A stretch of DNA of 64,000 bases from Candidatus Eiseniibacteriota bacterium (GCA_044223005.1 JBGAML010000005.1:1-64000), one strand, 5' to 3'. Numbered from the stretch's first letter, positions 36,394 through 45,813 are shown. Notes: generated from the letters alone by a model not told the origin. Numbers and translations are program-made.

Positions 36394-37643
36394 GCAGGGA
36401 CCCCGGCGCGCGAGCACGCGGGCGCGACGCGCGCACCGCTTTCGTGCGCGTCCTCGTGGAAGCCGTTGCGCCACGCGGCGGCGCAGTAGTGGATGCGATC
36501 GCGACCGCTCACCTCGGCATGCCGCGCCTGCGCCGCGATCGCATCGGTCGTGAACACCGGATGCTCGAAGGTCCGGGTGGCGAGGACGCGGGCGGGATCG
36601 ATGCGCTCCGTTCCGTTGAGCGTCAGCAGGATCGGCGTCGACGTCGCATGACCCTGCAGTCGCGAGAGGTCGTAGGTCACACGCACCGCGTGCGCGTCGC
36701 CGGCCGGGACGTGATAGTTCCAGCTCGCCCACGCGCGCCGGCGACGCGGCAGCACGTTCGTGTCGGTGTGCACGACGGCGACGTTGACCTGCGTGCGGAA
36801 GGCGCCGAGCACCTCGCGCTCGAGCGGAGTCGGATCCGCGACGAGCCGCAGTGCGCGAGGTACGCTCGTCGCGAGGACGACCTCGTCGAAGCGCTCGACG
36901 CCGTCGTCCACCCGCACGTCGACGCCACCCGCCACGCGCCGGACCTGCCGCACCGGCGTCCGCAGCCGGAGCCGCGAACGGAAAGACGCGCACAGCGCGT
37001 CGACGTAGGCCGCGGAGCCGCCGATCACGGTTCGCCAGGTCCACTGCCGGTGCGGCGGCTCCAGCAGGCCGTGGTTGCGGAAGAAGCGTACGAAGAACCC
37101 GGCGGGCAGCCGCATCGCGTCGCGTTCGCTCGCGGACCAGATCGCGGCCGCCATCGGGACGAGATAGTGCCGGCGAAAGCTCTCGCCGAAGCCGCCGCGC
37201 TCGACCAGGTCGCCGAGCGTCGCGCCCGCGCCGGCGGCCTCCGCGAGCGTGAGCGCGTCGCGGTTGAAGCGGGCGATATCCGCGAGCATGCGCAGGAACG
37301 CCGGGCGCACGAGGTTCCGCCGCCACGCGAAGATCGCGCTCCAGTCGGTGCCGCAGTACTCGACGCCGGCCGCCGGGTCGGACACGCTGAAGCCCATCGA
37401 CGTGGGACGGGTCGCGACCCCGAGCTCGCTCAGCAGCCGCGTGAAGCGGGGATAGGTCGTTTCGTTGTAGACCATGAACCCGATGTCGACCGGCCATGCG
37501 CGGCCGTCGAGTTCGACACGGATCGTGTCGGCATGTCCGCCGGCGTGCTCCCCGGCCTCGAAGAGCGTGAGGTCGTGCTCGCGATGCAGCGCGTGGGCCG
37601 CCGCGAGGCCCGCCGCCCCGGTACCGATGATGGCGATCTTCAT
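36390..37643 (-). CDS. FAD-dependent oxidoreductase, amine oxidase family (UfaD-like)
   Basis: MKIAIIGTGAAGL, GGHADT, VDIGFMVYN, FFRNHGLL, AWASWNY, NGFHED. Confidence 0.92.
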   Translation of the reverse strand: MKIAIIGTGAAGLAAAHALHREHDLTLFEAGEHAGGHADTIRVELDGRAWPVDIGFMVYNETTYPRFTRLLSELGVATRPTSMGFSVSDPAAGVEYCGTDWSAIFAWRRNLVRPAFLRMLADIARFNRDALTLAEAAGAGATLGDLVERGGFGESFRRHYLVPMAAAIWSASERDAMRLPAGFFVRFFRNHGLLEPPHRQWTWRTVIGGSAAYVDALCASFRSRLRLRTPVRQVRRVAGGVDVRVDDGVERFDEVVLATSVPRALRLVADPTPLEREVLGAFRTQVNVAVVHTDTNVLPRRRRAWASWNYHVPAGDAHAVRVTYDLSRLQGHATSTPILLTLNGTERIDPARVLATRTFEHPVFTTDAIAAQARHAEVSGRDRIHYCAAAWRNGFHEDAHESGARVAPACSRAGVPA

Positions 37644-37736
37644 GGCGCTCCATGCAGGGAAGGGGACGCCGCGGACCGACGCCGCGACCCGGTGGTGCTC
37701 GGCGCGGTTGGATGAGGCCGCCCGTTTCGAGATGCG

Positions 37737-37769
37737 CATTTTGAGTCGATTGTGTATAGTTTTTGAAAT
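37737..37769 (-). promoter_or_regulatory. Candidate CarH/LitR operator: three imperfect 11-bp direct repeats
   Basis: Minus strand ATTTCAAAAAC-TATACACAATC-GACTCAAAATG in an AT-rich island between divergent genes. Confidence 0.45.
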
Positions 37770-37886
37770 CGTCGGCCGTCGGGGCGTACGGGGTGTTTCC
37801 GCCAAACCCTTCGCGCGACGTCGGCATCCGACGCGGCGAAGAAGGACGGGCGCGCGTTGCGGCCGTCGCATCGTTGGGGAGGAGCC

Positions 37887-38855
37887 GTGCCGAGGCCACC
37901 GCGCACGAAGACGAACGATCCTGCCGACGACACGGGGACGCCCGGGCTCATGTCCATCGGGGCGCTGTCCCGCGCCTCGGGGATCCCGATCCAGACCATC
38001 CGGACCTGGGAACGCCGCTACGCGTCGCCGGCGTCCGTCCGCAAGCCGTCCGGGCACCGCCTCTATCCGGCAGCGGCGGTCTCGCACCTGCGCAAGGTGT
38101 CCGAGCTGCTGCGGCGCGGGCACCGCCCGGGCGAGGTGTTGACGCTCCCGGGCGCGAAGCTCGACGCGCTGCTCGCCCTGCCGACCGCCGTGCCGCCGGC
38201 GCCGGAAGTTCCGCGCCGCGCCGTGCTCGTCACGCCCGGCCCGGGACAGAAGGCGTCCGTCGCGGCACTGCTCGACGCCGTGCTCGCGCTCGACCGCGAT
38301 GCGCTGCTCGCGATGCTGCGCGCCAACTGGTCGCGGATGGGCCCGCTCGGGTTCCTCGAGGACTGCGCGGGCCCGCTCATGGTCGCGGTGGGGCAGGCGT
38401 GGTGCGAAGGGCGCGCAGAGGTGCGGCACGAGCACTTCGCGACGGCGTGCCTGGGTGGCCTCCTGCGCGAAGTGCGCGAACCGTTCGACGAGCGCGCCCG
38501 CGGTCCGCGTGTCGTCGCCGGGACACTCCCCGGCGACCTGCACGAGGGCGGCCTGCTCATGGCGAGCGTCGTCCTCGCGATGGAGGATCGCCGCGTGCTC
38601 TATCTCGGGTCGAACGTCCCCGTCAGCGAGATCGCGTCCACCGCGCGCGAGCAGGACGCAGAGGCCGTGGCCATCAGCGTCTCGCAGGCGATGCGCGGAA
38701 CGCGGGCGAGCAAGCTCGTCACCGAACTGCGACGGGCGCTGCCGAAGCGTGTCCAGCTGTGGGTGGGAGGTGCCGGTGCGCCGGCGACGCAGGACGGCTT
38801 CGAGCGCTTCTCCGACCTGGCCTCGTTCGATGCGCGGATCCGTGGTGGGCGCTGA
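37887..38855 (+). CDS. MerR family B12-binding regulator (CarH/LitR type)
   Basis: MSIGALSRASGIPIQTIRTWERRY..GHRLY; W-x9-EH (WCEGRAEVRHEH); DLHEGG..YLG B12-binding motif; GGAGGA RBS before GTG. Confidence 0.9.
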   Translation: MPRPPRTKTNDPADDTGTPGLMSIGALSRASGIPIQTIRTWERRYASPASVRKPSGHRLYPAAAVSHLRKVSELLRRGHRPGEVLTLPGAKLDALLALPTAVPPAPEVPRRAVLVTPGPGQKASVAALLDAVLALDRDALLAMLRANWSRMGPLGFLEDCAGPLMVAVGQAWCEGRAEVRHEHFATACLGGLLREVREPFDERARGPRVVAGTLPGDLHEGGLLMASVVLAMEDRRVLYLGSNVPVSEIASTAREQDAEAVAISVSQAMRGTRASKLVTELRRALPKRVQLWVGGAGAPATQDGFERFSDLASFDARIRGGR

Positions 38856-39405
38856 TCGCCGCCGGCCGCTCGCGCCGCTGCTGCTCGCGTTCGCGCTGCT
38901 CGGCGTGGGGCCGCTCCCGACGCATGCCGCGGCTCCGGTGCCCGTGATCGCCGTCGGCGCCCCCATGCCGCCCCTGCGGGGCGATCTGTTGGACGGCCGC
39001 CCGTCGGTCCTTCCGGATTCCGTGCGCGGCGTGAACCTCGTCCTGTTTCTGGGATTCACGTACGCCTCGCGGCACGACGTGGAGCGCTGGGTATCGCGCC
39101 TCCAGCACGACTTCCCGGGCGAGCCGAGGTTTCGCTGGTACGAGGTGCCGGTCATCGGGGGAGCGGGCCGCATCGCGCGCCCGTTCATCGAAGGCGGCAT
39201 GCGCCGGGGGATCCCGAAGCCGCTGCACGCACAGGTGCTCATGGTGTACGGCGGCGGGAACTGGAAGCAGCGCGTGGGCTTCGCCGAACGCGACGTGGGC
39301 TACGTGCTGGTCGTCGACGGCGCCGGACGGGTCACGTGGACGGGTCGCGGGCCCTTTTCCGAGGCCGGCTACCACGTCCTGGCTGAGCACCTGCGGCGGT
39401 TCTGA
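38842..39405 (+). CDS. Secreted thioredoxin-like fold protein lacking CxxC
   Basis: Signal peptide, VGAPMPPLRG, FIEGGMRRGIP, VLVVDGAGRVTW..G. Confidence 0.6.
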   Translation: MVGADRRRPLAPLLLAFALLGVGPLPTHAAAPVPVIAVGAPMPPLRGDLLDGRPSVLPDSVRGVNLVLFLGFTYASRHDVERWVSRLQHDFPGEPRFRWYEVPVIGGAGRIARPFIEGGMRRGIPKPLHAQVLMVYGGGNWKQRVGFAERDVGYVLVVDGAGRVTWTGRGPFSEAGYHVLAEHLRRF

Positions 39406-39701
39406 CCGCACTCGCCGCCGGGCCCGGGTATCGATTGGCCTGCCTTCGCCTTGGCGCCGGCCGTTCATCCAGCAACGTGTTCCACCACGAATCGGGCCGA
39501 ACGAATTCCGGTCCTGGGACGTTGTTTTCGTATGGACGCGGGCACGGGACTCCGCGACTATAGGGGCACGGGCGAGTCCTGCTCTCGAGGGTGATTGCAC
39601 CGCGGAAGCACGACTCGTCGCGAATCGCTGGGCGCCCCCCGCGCATCGATTCTGGACTTCGATGACGGAACATCTTGCTCTTCCCCTCGGAGGTGGGCCC
39701 C

Positions 39702-40625
39702 ATGCCGCAGCGCCGCCACGTCATCGCCTCGTTGGGCGCATGCCTCGCGATCGCGATCCTCGCAGGATCGGCTTTCGCACAGACCGCGCTCGACCCCGTG
39801 ACGCTGACCTCGGTCTCCACCGGACACGGCAAGGCTCGCCTGACCGTCACCGCGGGCCCTTCGGGCGCGCCGAACGGTTTCAAGGTGCGGTGGATGACCA
39901 CCGAGCAGTTCGCCGCGCTCGGCGGCGCCTGGCCCGGCATGGTGTCTCCCGGCGAAGGCTGGGTGAACTACACGGGCACGGGCACGCTCGACACGTGGGG
40001 CGCCACGGACGTTTCGTTCCAACTCGCGCCGAACCAGTCGATCGACATCGAGATCGGTGACACGTTCGACGAGACGGGCGTTTCGGGCACGTCGTACCAG
40101 GAGCTCCAGGATGCGTCGACCTACGTGGTGACGGCGACCGCCCTGGGCGGCGGCGCGGTCACCAACAGCCCGCTTTCGGGCCATCAGGATTGCGGCACGT
40201 CGCAGCAGGGTCACGACTGCGTCTACACGCAGGGCTACTGGAAGAACCACACGTCGGCGTGGCCGGTCGGCAGCCTGACGCTCGGCACCACGACCTACAG
40301 CGCGGCACAGCTGCTCTCGATCCTCAACACGTCGGTCAAGGGCAATGGCCTGCTGTCGCTCGCGCACCAGTTGATCGCGACCAAGCTCAACATCGCGTAC
40401 GGCGCGAACGCGTCGAGCATCGCCAGCACGGTCAACGCGGCCGACGCACTGATCGCGGGCCGCATCGTGCCGCCGGTCGGTTCCGGCTCGCTGTCCACGA
40501 GCTCGACCTCGGCGCTGACGCAGGCGCTCGACGATTTCAACAACGACAACGATCACCACAACCACTGTGGCACCGTGCCCGTCCAGCCGTCGACGTGGGG
40601 CCAGCTCAAGGTGATCTACCGCTGA
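39702..40625 (+). CDS. Secreted protein (Fn3-like plus helical domain) with C-terminal STWGQLKVIYR motif
   Basis: GGAGGT RBS, signal peptide, CVYTQGYWKNH..LAHQLIATKLNI domain, conserved tail. Confidence 0.85.
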   Translation: MPQRRHVIASLGACLAIAILAGSAFAQTALDPVTLTSVSTGHGKARLTVTAGPSGAPNGFKVRWMTTEQFAALGGAWPGMVSPGEGWVNYTGTGTLDTWGATDVSFQLAPNQSIDIEIGDTFDETGVSGTSYQELQDASTYVVTATALGGGAVTNSPLSGHQDCGTSQQGHDCVYTQGYWKNHTSAWPVGSLTLGTTTYSAAQLLSILNTSVKGNGLLSLAHQLIATKLNIAYGANASSIASTVNAADALIAGRIVPPVGSGSLSTSSTSALTQALDDFNNDNDHHNHCGTVPVQPSTWGQLKVIYR

Positions 40626-40640
40626 TCGCCGGTTCGCCTT

Positions 40641-40676
40641 GCGGCCGCCCGCCAATCGCGGGCGGCCGTTTCGTTT
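40641..40676 (+). terminator. Intrinsic terminator
   Basis: gcggccgcccgc-caatc-gcgggcggccg then TTTCGTTT. Confidence 0.75.
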
Positions 40677-40770
40677 GGCGGCGCGGCCGGCCGGGTGGAG
40701 GATGAGGGGCACGGCCCCGGCGGCCCGGTACCCGGGCCGGGATCGCGGCGGGCGCGGAGCGGAGGAACGG

Positions 40771-41913
40771 ATGCAGGCCGAGACGATCCCCGCGGGCGAT
40801 TCGCCTGCGACGGTGGTCCATGCGGATGGCGAGGTCGTCCTCTACCGGCTGGACGACGTCGGGTACGAGATCGACCTCGATCGCGTGTTCGCGTTGCTGG
40901 GCGACCGCGCCCCCGAGCGCGCCCGCCCGGTGCGCGGCGAGGCCCAGGCGATCCAGATTCCCAATCCGCCCGTGACCGTCGCGCTGGGCCGGGCCCGGAT
41001 CGAGGTGGTCGGCGCTCCGGTCGAGGCCGAGTTCTCCGCCCGCATCTTCGACTTCGGAGTGGCGTCGCTGCGCGCGCGGATCGCGGCCCCGGCCGGGCTG
41101 GCGTGGAAGGAGTTCGCGACATGGGCGAACGCCTGCGCCGCCTCGCCGGCCTGGCGGGAGGCCTTCGCGCGCGAGCGCGAGGACCTCAAGAGCCGGATCG
41201 CGCCCGCGATCCTGCGGGCCGGGGACGCGCCCGTGAGCGAGGACTACACCGTCTTCCGGGTCCATGGCCTCCGCGACGGGGAGGGGCGCGCCCTGCGCGC
41301 ATCGGCGCTGCGCGACGAGGATCTCGCGTTGCTGCTGGCGGGCGAATCGCGGCCGCTCTCGGCGACCGCCCGGCGCGATCTCCTCGCCCAGCGCTTCAGC
41401 TACTTCGAGGACGACCTCGCCGTGCTGACGTGGAACGCGGCGCTCGTCGTCGAGCCGGTTCGCGAGGATCACGACGTGCAGTACGTCCTCGAGTTCGCGA
41501 ACGCCCAGCTGCTCGAACTGCGCTACTACGATGCGCTGCTGGACCGCGAACTGCCGCGCATCTACGACCGCATCGAAGAGGCCCGGCACGGGTTCCACCT
41601 GCTCGGCCGGCGCTTCAGCCGGCTGCTCGGCGTGCTGCAGACCCGCGTCGCCGAAGCCACCGAGCTCGTGGAGCGGACGGAGAACGCCATCAAGATGACC
41701 GACGACGTCTTCCTCGCACGGATCTACGCGGCGGCGCTCGAGATCTTCCGCGGCCGGACGTGGCGGCTCGGGATCGACGGCAAGCTCGCGATCGTGCGCG
41801 ACTCGTACTCGATGCTCAACGCGGAGTCGCAGGCGCGGCGGTCCGAAGTGCTCGAAGTGGTGATCGTCCTGCTGATCCTCTTCGAGATCGTCCTGGCGTT
41901 CGTGCGGCACTGA
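40771..41913 (+). CDS. RMD1/DUF155-like protein with C-terminal TM
   Basis: LEFANAQLLELRYYD, DVFLARIY, SEVLEVVIVLLILFEI. Confidence 0.6.
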   Translation: MQAETIPAGDSPATVVHADGEVVLYRLDDVGYEIDLDRVFALLGDRAPERARPVRGEAQAIQIPNPPVTVALGRARIEVVGAPVEAEFSARIFDFGVASLRARIAAPAGLAWKEFATWANACAASPAWREAFAREREDLKSRIAPAILRAGDAPVSEDYTVFRVHGLRDGEGRALRASALRDEDLALLLAGESRPLSATARRDLLAQRFSYFEDDLAVLTWNAALVVEPVREDHDVQYVLEFANAQLLELRYYDALLDRELPRIYDRIEEARHGFHLLGRRFSRLLGVLQTRVAEATELVERTENAIKMTDDVFLARIYAAALEIFRGRTWRLGIDGKLAIVRDSYSMLNAESQARRSEVLEVVIVLLILFEIVLAFVRH

Positions 41914-41971
41914 CGGCCCCGGCGCGGCGCAGGGACGGTCCCCCAACCGTCCCGCGCGCGCATCCGGTGCT

Positions 41972-42562
41972 TCAGCGGTACTGCTGCTTCAGGCTGCCCC
42001 AGGTCGTGGTGCGCGTCGGTGTCGCGGCGTCGACCACGATCGTCCCCGTCATGTTGGACAGCGAGCCGTGGAACAGGCAGTGGAAGGGATACGTGCCGGC
42101 GTCCGGGAAGTCGATCGTGACGACCTTGTGGTTGATGTCGATCGGCGCGTCGAAGATCAGGCCCGAGTCGGGGTCCTCGTTCGTTCCGCTGCTGGCGGTG
42201 TGGATGCCCGACACCCACTGGAACTGCACGCTCTGGCCCTGCAGGATGTGCACTTCGTCCACCTGCGTGCCGGCGTTGTTGTCCGCGTCGAAGCGGAAGT
42301 CGGTCACCTTGTAGACCGCACCGACGACCGCGGTGGCACGGGACGACGCGGGGCCGTGCGCCGGCATCGCGCGATAGTGGGCCTCGGACAGCACGAGGCG
42401 CTCCTCGTCGCTCGGCGCGGAGGTCGAAGTGCAGACCATCGCCGAGCGCGGGGGACCCGCCCAGCCGGCGCCGAGCGCGGCGGCCGCAGCCAGTGCGACC
42501 AGGAAGAACGACCCAAGGGCGACGACCTGGCGGCGATTCGGAAGCGGTGGAGCCTGGAACAT
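41972..42562 (-). CDS. Cupredoxin (plastocyanin/azurin-like) with C-terminal TTWGSLKQQYR motif
   Basis: GIHTASSG and AGTYPFHCLFHGSLSNMTGTIVV supply His/Cys/His/Met type-1 copper ligands. Confidence 0.88.
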   Translation of the reverse strand: MFQAPPLPNRRQVVALGSFFLVALAAAAALGAGWAGPPRSAMVCTSTSAPSDEERLVLSEAHYRAMPAHGPASSRATAVVGAVYKVTDFRFDADNNAGTQVDEVHILQGQSVQFQWVSGIHTASSGTNEDPDSGLIFDAPIDINHKVVTIDFPDAGTYPFHCLFHGSLSNMTGTIVVDAATPTRTTTWGSLKQQYR

Positions 42563-42709
42563 GGTCCCCTCCTCGTGGTGGAACGACGGTGATCACCCAC
42601 TACGAGGAAGTCCCGTGAATGTGAACCAGGAGCCGCCGGAAAGCGGCGGGGATGCGTGTGTAAACTCATATCATCTGGAGGTGGTCGGCGGAGCCAACCG
42701 CCCGGGGTG

Positions 42710-43813
42710 TCAGCGCAGGGCCGGAATCGAGTCGTCGAGGGGACCCGCCTCCTCCGCCAGCATCCGCGCCACGACCCACCGGCCGAGGTAGAGCTCGAAT
42801 GCCCCTACCCGCGAAGCGTCGCCTCCGAGGATCGCGTCCCGCAGTCGCAGCACCTCCGGATCGGCGAGGGCCGCCGCGAGCGTCGCATCCTCGGAATCAC
42901 CGTGCTGGCGCGAGGCTCGGACCACCTCGCGCTCGCGACGGAGCAGCGCCAGCGTCGCGCGCAGAAGTCCCGGGCCGTACAGCGGGGCGCCGTGCCCGGG
43001 CACGATCGTGGCCGCACCGAGCGCGTCGATCCATTCCAGCGTTCGCATCCAGCCGGCCGGGTAGCAGAAGAGCCCGAACGTCACCGGGTTCACGAGCAGG
43101 TCGCCGGTGACCACGATCCGTTGCTGCGGCAGCCACAGGAAGGCGTCGCCGGGCGTGATGGCACGGTCGACGTGGAGCACGTGGATTTCGCGCTCGCCCA
43201 TGTGGATCACGAGGGAATCGGTGAACGTCACCGTCGCCAGGACGTGCCGGGCCTCGCGCTTCTGGGCGAGGAACGCCCGGTCCCGCGCCGCATGGTTCCG
43301 GAGTGACTCGATGCGCGCCGGGGCCGAGCCCGAATCGCGCGCCGCCGCGAGCGCCGCTTCCACGGCGGCGACGTGATCGGGCAGGTCGTGATCGAGCCCC
43401 GGTTGATTGAACTCGATCGCGGGACCCGCCATGAGGCGCCGGGTCGCCTCTTGGCTGACGATCTCCAGCCCGGGAAACGCCCGGACGTATTCCTGCGCGC
43501 CGTACCAGTGATCCCAGTGCCAGTGCGAATACACGAGCCAGCGCACGGGTTGCGGCGTGATCCGCCGCAACTGGGCGATCACCTCGCGGGCGACCACGGG
43601 CGTGCCGTTCGCGTCGAACACGAGTACGCCGGCATTCGAGACGATCGCCACGGCGTTGCCGTCGAACCCCACGTCGCCGTACGGCTCGGTGCGGAACAGG
43701 TGGATGCCGGGTGCGATCTCGGAATGCACCGGGATGGGAAGAGGCGACGCGTGCGCGACGGGAGAGAAGAGCACACCGGCCACGAGCAGGATGAGCTTCG
43801 GTCTTGCGGACAT
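42710..43813 (-). CDS. Secreted MBL-fold metallo-hydrolase
   Basis: SHWHWDHWYG, TPGD, TGDLL, VPGHG. Confidence 0.88.
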   Translation of the reverse strand: MSARPKLILLVAGVLFSPVAHASPLPIPVHSEIAPGIHLFRTEPYGDVGFDGNAVAIVSNAGVLVFDANGTPVVAREVIAQLRRITPQPVRWLVYSHWHWDHWYGAQEYVRAFPGLEIVSQEATRRLMAGPAIEFNQPGLDHDLPDHVAAVEAALAAARDSGSAPARIESLRNHAARDRAFLAQKREARHVLATVTFTDSLVIHMGEREIHVLHVDRAITPGDAFLWLPQQRIVVTGDLLVNPVTFGLFCYPAGWMRTLEWIDALGAATIVPGHGAPLYGPGLLRATLALLRREREVVRASRQHGDSEDATLAAALADPEVLRLRDAILGGDASRVGAFELYLGRWVVARMLAEEAGPLDDSIPALR

Positions 43814-44017
43814 GTCTCCTCCACGAACCCGATCGGGCGGCCCGCCTCGCAGGCCGGAGACCGGGAGTGTGGCGGATCGCGGCCGCACGGGCGCGGGCGC
43901 GGCGACGGGCGCGGTGTCGCCGTTCCGGGCGCGGGGGATCCGTGGCCCCGTGCCGCGCGTCCGGCAGGGTATGATGGCCGGCGCGAGCACCTTTCCCCGG
44001 CTCGCCGGAAGTGCGCC

Positions 44018-44044
44018 TGCAACTCGTTGCGGGCGTGGCGCGTC
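44018..44044 (+). promoter_or_regulatory. Possible ECF sigma autoregulatory promoter
   Basis: TGCAAC-N17-CGTC, 60 bp upstream of the ECF sigma start. Confidence 0.4.
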
Positions 44045-44103
44045 CGAGGACGGTCCGCCGGGGCGCTAACGAACGAACCCGGGATCCTGTCTTGGATCAG
44101 GAA

Positions 44104-44676
44104 ATGGATGACGCCGGAGCCGTCCGGGACGCCGATCTGGTCGCCGCGGTTCGCTGCGGGGATCGCGCGGCGGCGGACGCCCTCGTACGCCGTCATTTCC
44201 GTGCGGCATGGGCCGTGGCTCTCGCGCTGCTCGGCAACGCGGCGGACGCCGAGGACGTCTGCCAGGACGCGTTCGTCCGGGCGCTGGAGCGCATCGACGA
44301 TTGCCGGCAGCCGGACCGCTTCGTCTACTGGCTGCTGCAGATCGTGCGGAATCGCGCGCACAATGCCCGCGACTACCGCCGGGTGCGCAGCGGCCCCTCG
44401 GTCGAGGACGTGTCCGTCGCGGCGCCCGGCGACGCCGCGCGCGGCACGGAGCGGCGCGAACTCGGGGACCGGCTGCTCGCCGCACTGGCGAGGCTGACGC
44501 CGGAGCAGCGGGAAGTGCTGGTGTTGAAGGATCTCGAGGACTGGGACCATCGCGCGATCGCCCGCGCGCTGGGGATTTCGGAAGGGATGTCCCGGCAGCA
44601 CCTCTTCGCGGCGCGCCGGGCGCTGCGCGGATGGCTGGGCCCTGCGGCACTGGAGGATCACCTGCATGACCGATGA
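44104..44676 (+). CDS. ECF (sigma-70 group 4) sigma factor
   Basis: DAEDVCQDAFVRA, WLLQIVRN, LTPEQREVLVL..IARALGISEG. Confidence 0.93.
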   Translation: MDDAGAVRDADLVAAVRCGDRAAADALVRRHFRAAWAVALALLGNAADAEDVCQDAFVRALERIDDCRQPDRFVYWLLQIVRNRAHNARDYRRVRSGPSVEDVSVAAPGDAARGTERRELGDRLLAALARLTPEQREVLVLKDLEDWDHRAIARALGISEGMSRQHLFAARRALRGWLGPAALEDHLHDR

Positions 44677-45043
44677 GACGCGTGTGAACCTCTCCGCGCT
44701 GCGCGCGGACGATGCCGCGCTCGAACGCACGGCCGCGAACGTGGCCGCGCGCATCGCGCCCACGCTGCGGCGGCGGCGCGAGCGCGTACCGCTGCTCTGG
44801 CTCGGCGTCGCCGAATGGCGCCGGCCCGTGCTCGCGGCGGCGGCGCTCGTGGTGATCGCATCGGCGCTCGTGATCCTGCGGCCGGAGCCGCGTACGGCCG
44901 CCTTCGCCTCTGCGTCGGTCGCCCGCGCGGCGTCGACGACGCTTGCCGAGGCCGCGGGAGTTCCCGCGCCGGTGGCGAGCTACCTCGAAGTCGGCACGGC
45001 GCCGTCCGGCGACGCCCTGCTCGGACTGCAGGAGGCGCCATGA
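44666..45043 (+). CDS. Single-TM putative anti-sigma factor
   Basis: Overlaps the sigma stop; TM PVLAAAALVVIASALVIL. Confidence 0.6.
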   Translation: MTDETRVNLSALRADDAALERTAANVAARIAPTLRRRRERVPLLWLGVAEWRRPVLAAAALVVIASALVILRPEPRTAAFASASVARAASTTLAEAAGVPAPVASYLEVGTAPSGDALLGLQEAP

Positions 45044-45609
45044 ACGACGGACTCGAATACCTCGGCCGCGCGCGCATGCAGGGGGTGACGCTGCTGGTGC
45101 TCGCGTTCCTCGTCGGTGTGCTCGCGGGCGTGGCCGGCGACCAGTTGTTGGGACGGCCGCACCGGCCGCCCGTCGACGGTGGCCCGGGACCGGGCCCGCG
45201 CTCCGGCCCGCCCGGCATGCGCGAGGGCCCGCGGCTGCCGCGCGTTCTCGAGGAGATGGACCTGAGCGAGTCGCAGCGCGGAGCGATCGACTCGATTCTC
45301 GCATCGGGCCGCCCGCGCAACGACGCGATCATGCGCGACGTGCTGCCGCGGCTGCAGGCCGTCTCCGATTCGCTGCGCCAGGCGATCCGCGCGGTACTCA
45401 CGCCGGCGCAGGCCGCGCAGTTCGATCGCTACGTGCAGGAGCATCCCGCCCGCGGCTTCGGCGGCCCGACCGACCGGCTCGGTCCCGGCGGTCCCGAGGG
45501 CGGCCCACCGGATCGCGGGCCGCGCGGCTTCCGGCCGCCCCTCCCGCCGCCGGACGGCGGCCCGCCCGGGCGGCGTGGCCCGCCACCGCCTCCGGGCGAG
45601 GAGCGCTGA
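45040..45609 (+). CDS. Spy/CpxP/periplasmic heavy-metal-sensor-like protein
   Basis: TM LVLAFLVGVLAG, LDLSESQ-like and VLTPAQ (LTxxQ) motifs, Pro/Gly-rich tail. Confidence 0.7.
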   Translation: MNDGLEYLGRARMQGVTLLVLAFLVGVLAGVAGDQLLGRPHRPPVDGGPGPGPRSGPPGMREGPRLPRVLEEMDLSESQRGAIDSILASGRPRNDAIMRDVLPRLQAVSDSLRQAIRAVLTPAQAAQFDRYVQEHPARGFGGPTDRLGPGGPEGGPPDRGPRGFRPPLPPPDGGPPGRRGPPPPPGEER

Positions 45610-45798
45610 AGGCCGTCGCGCCTGCGCCGACGAGGGAGGATCACCTCCTTCGCCGGCGTCTTCGTTCCGGCGGGATTTGCCGGTCGCGAGGAAGGAGTGG
45701 TCGGTCGGGCGCCGCGCATGCGCACGTCCACGCGGGCCTCGCGCGCGCAAAACCCCGCGCATGCAAGGCTTCGCGACGCGAGATGGCGCCCGTGCGGG

Positions 45799-45813
45799 TG
45801 GCACCGCTCTTGC
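45799..45813 (+). promoter_or_regulatory. Sigma54 (-24/-12) promoter
   Basis: TGGCAC-cgctc-TTGC with exact GG-N10-GC spacing, 37 bp upstream of ATG 45851. Confidence 0.7.
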
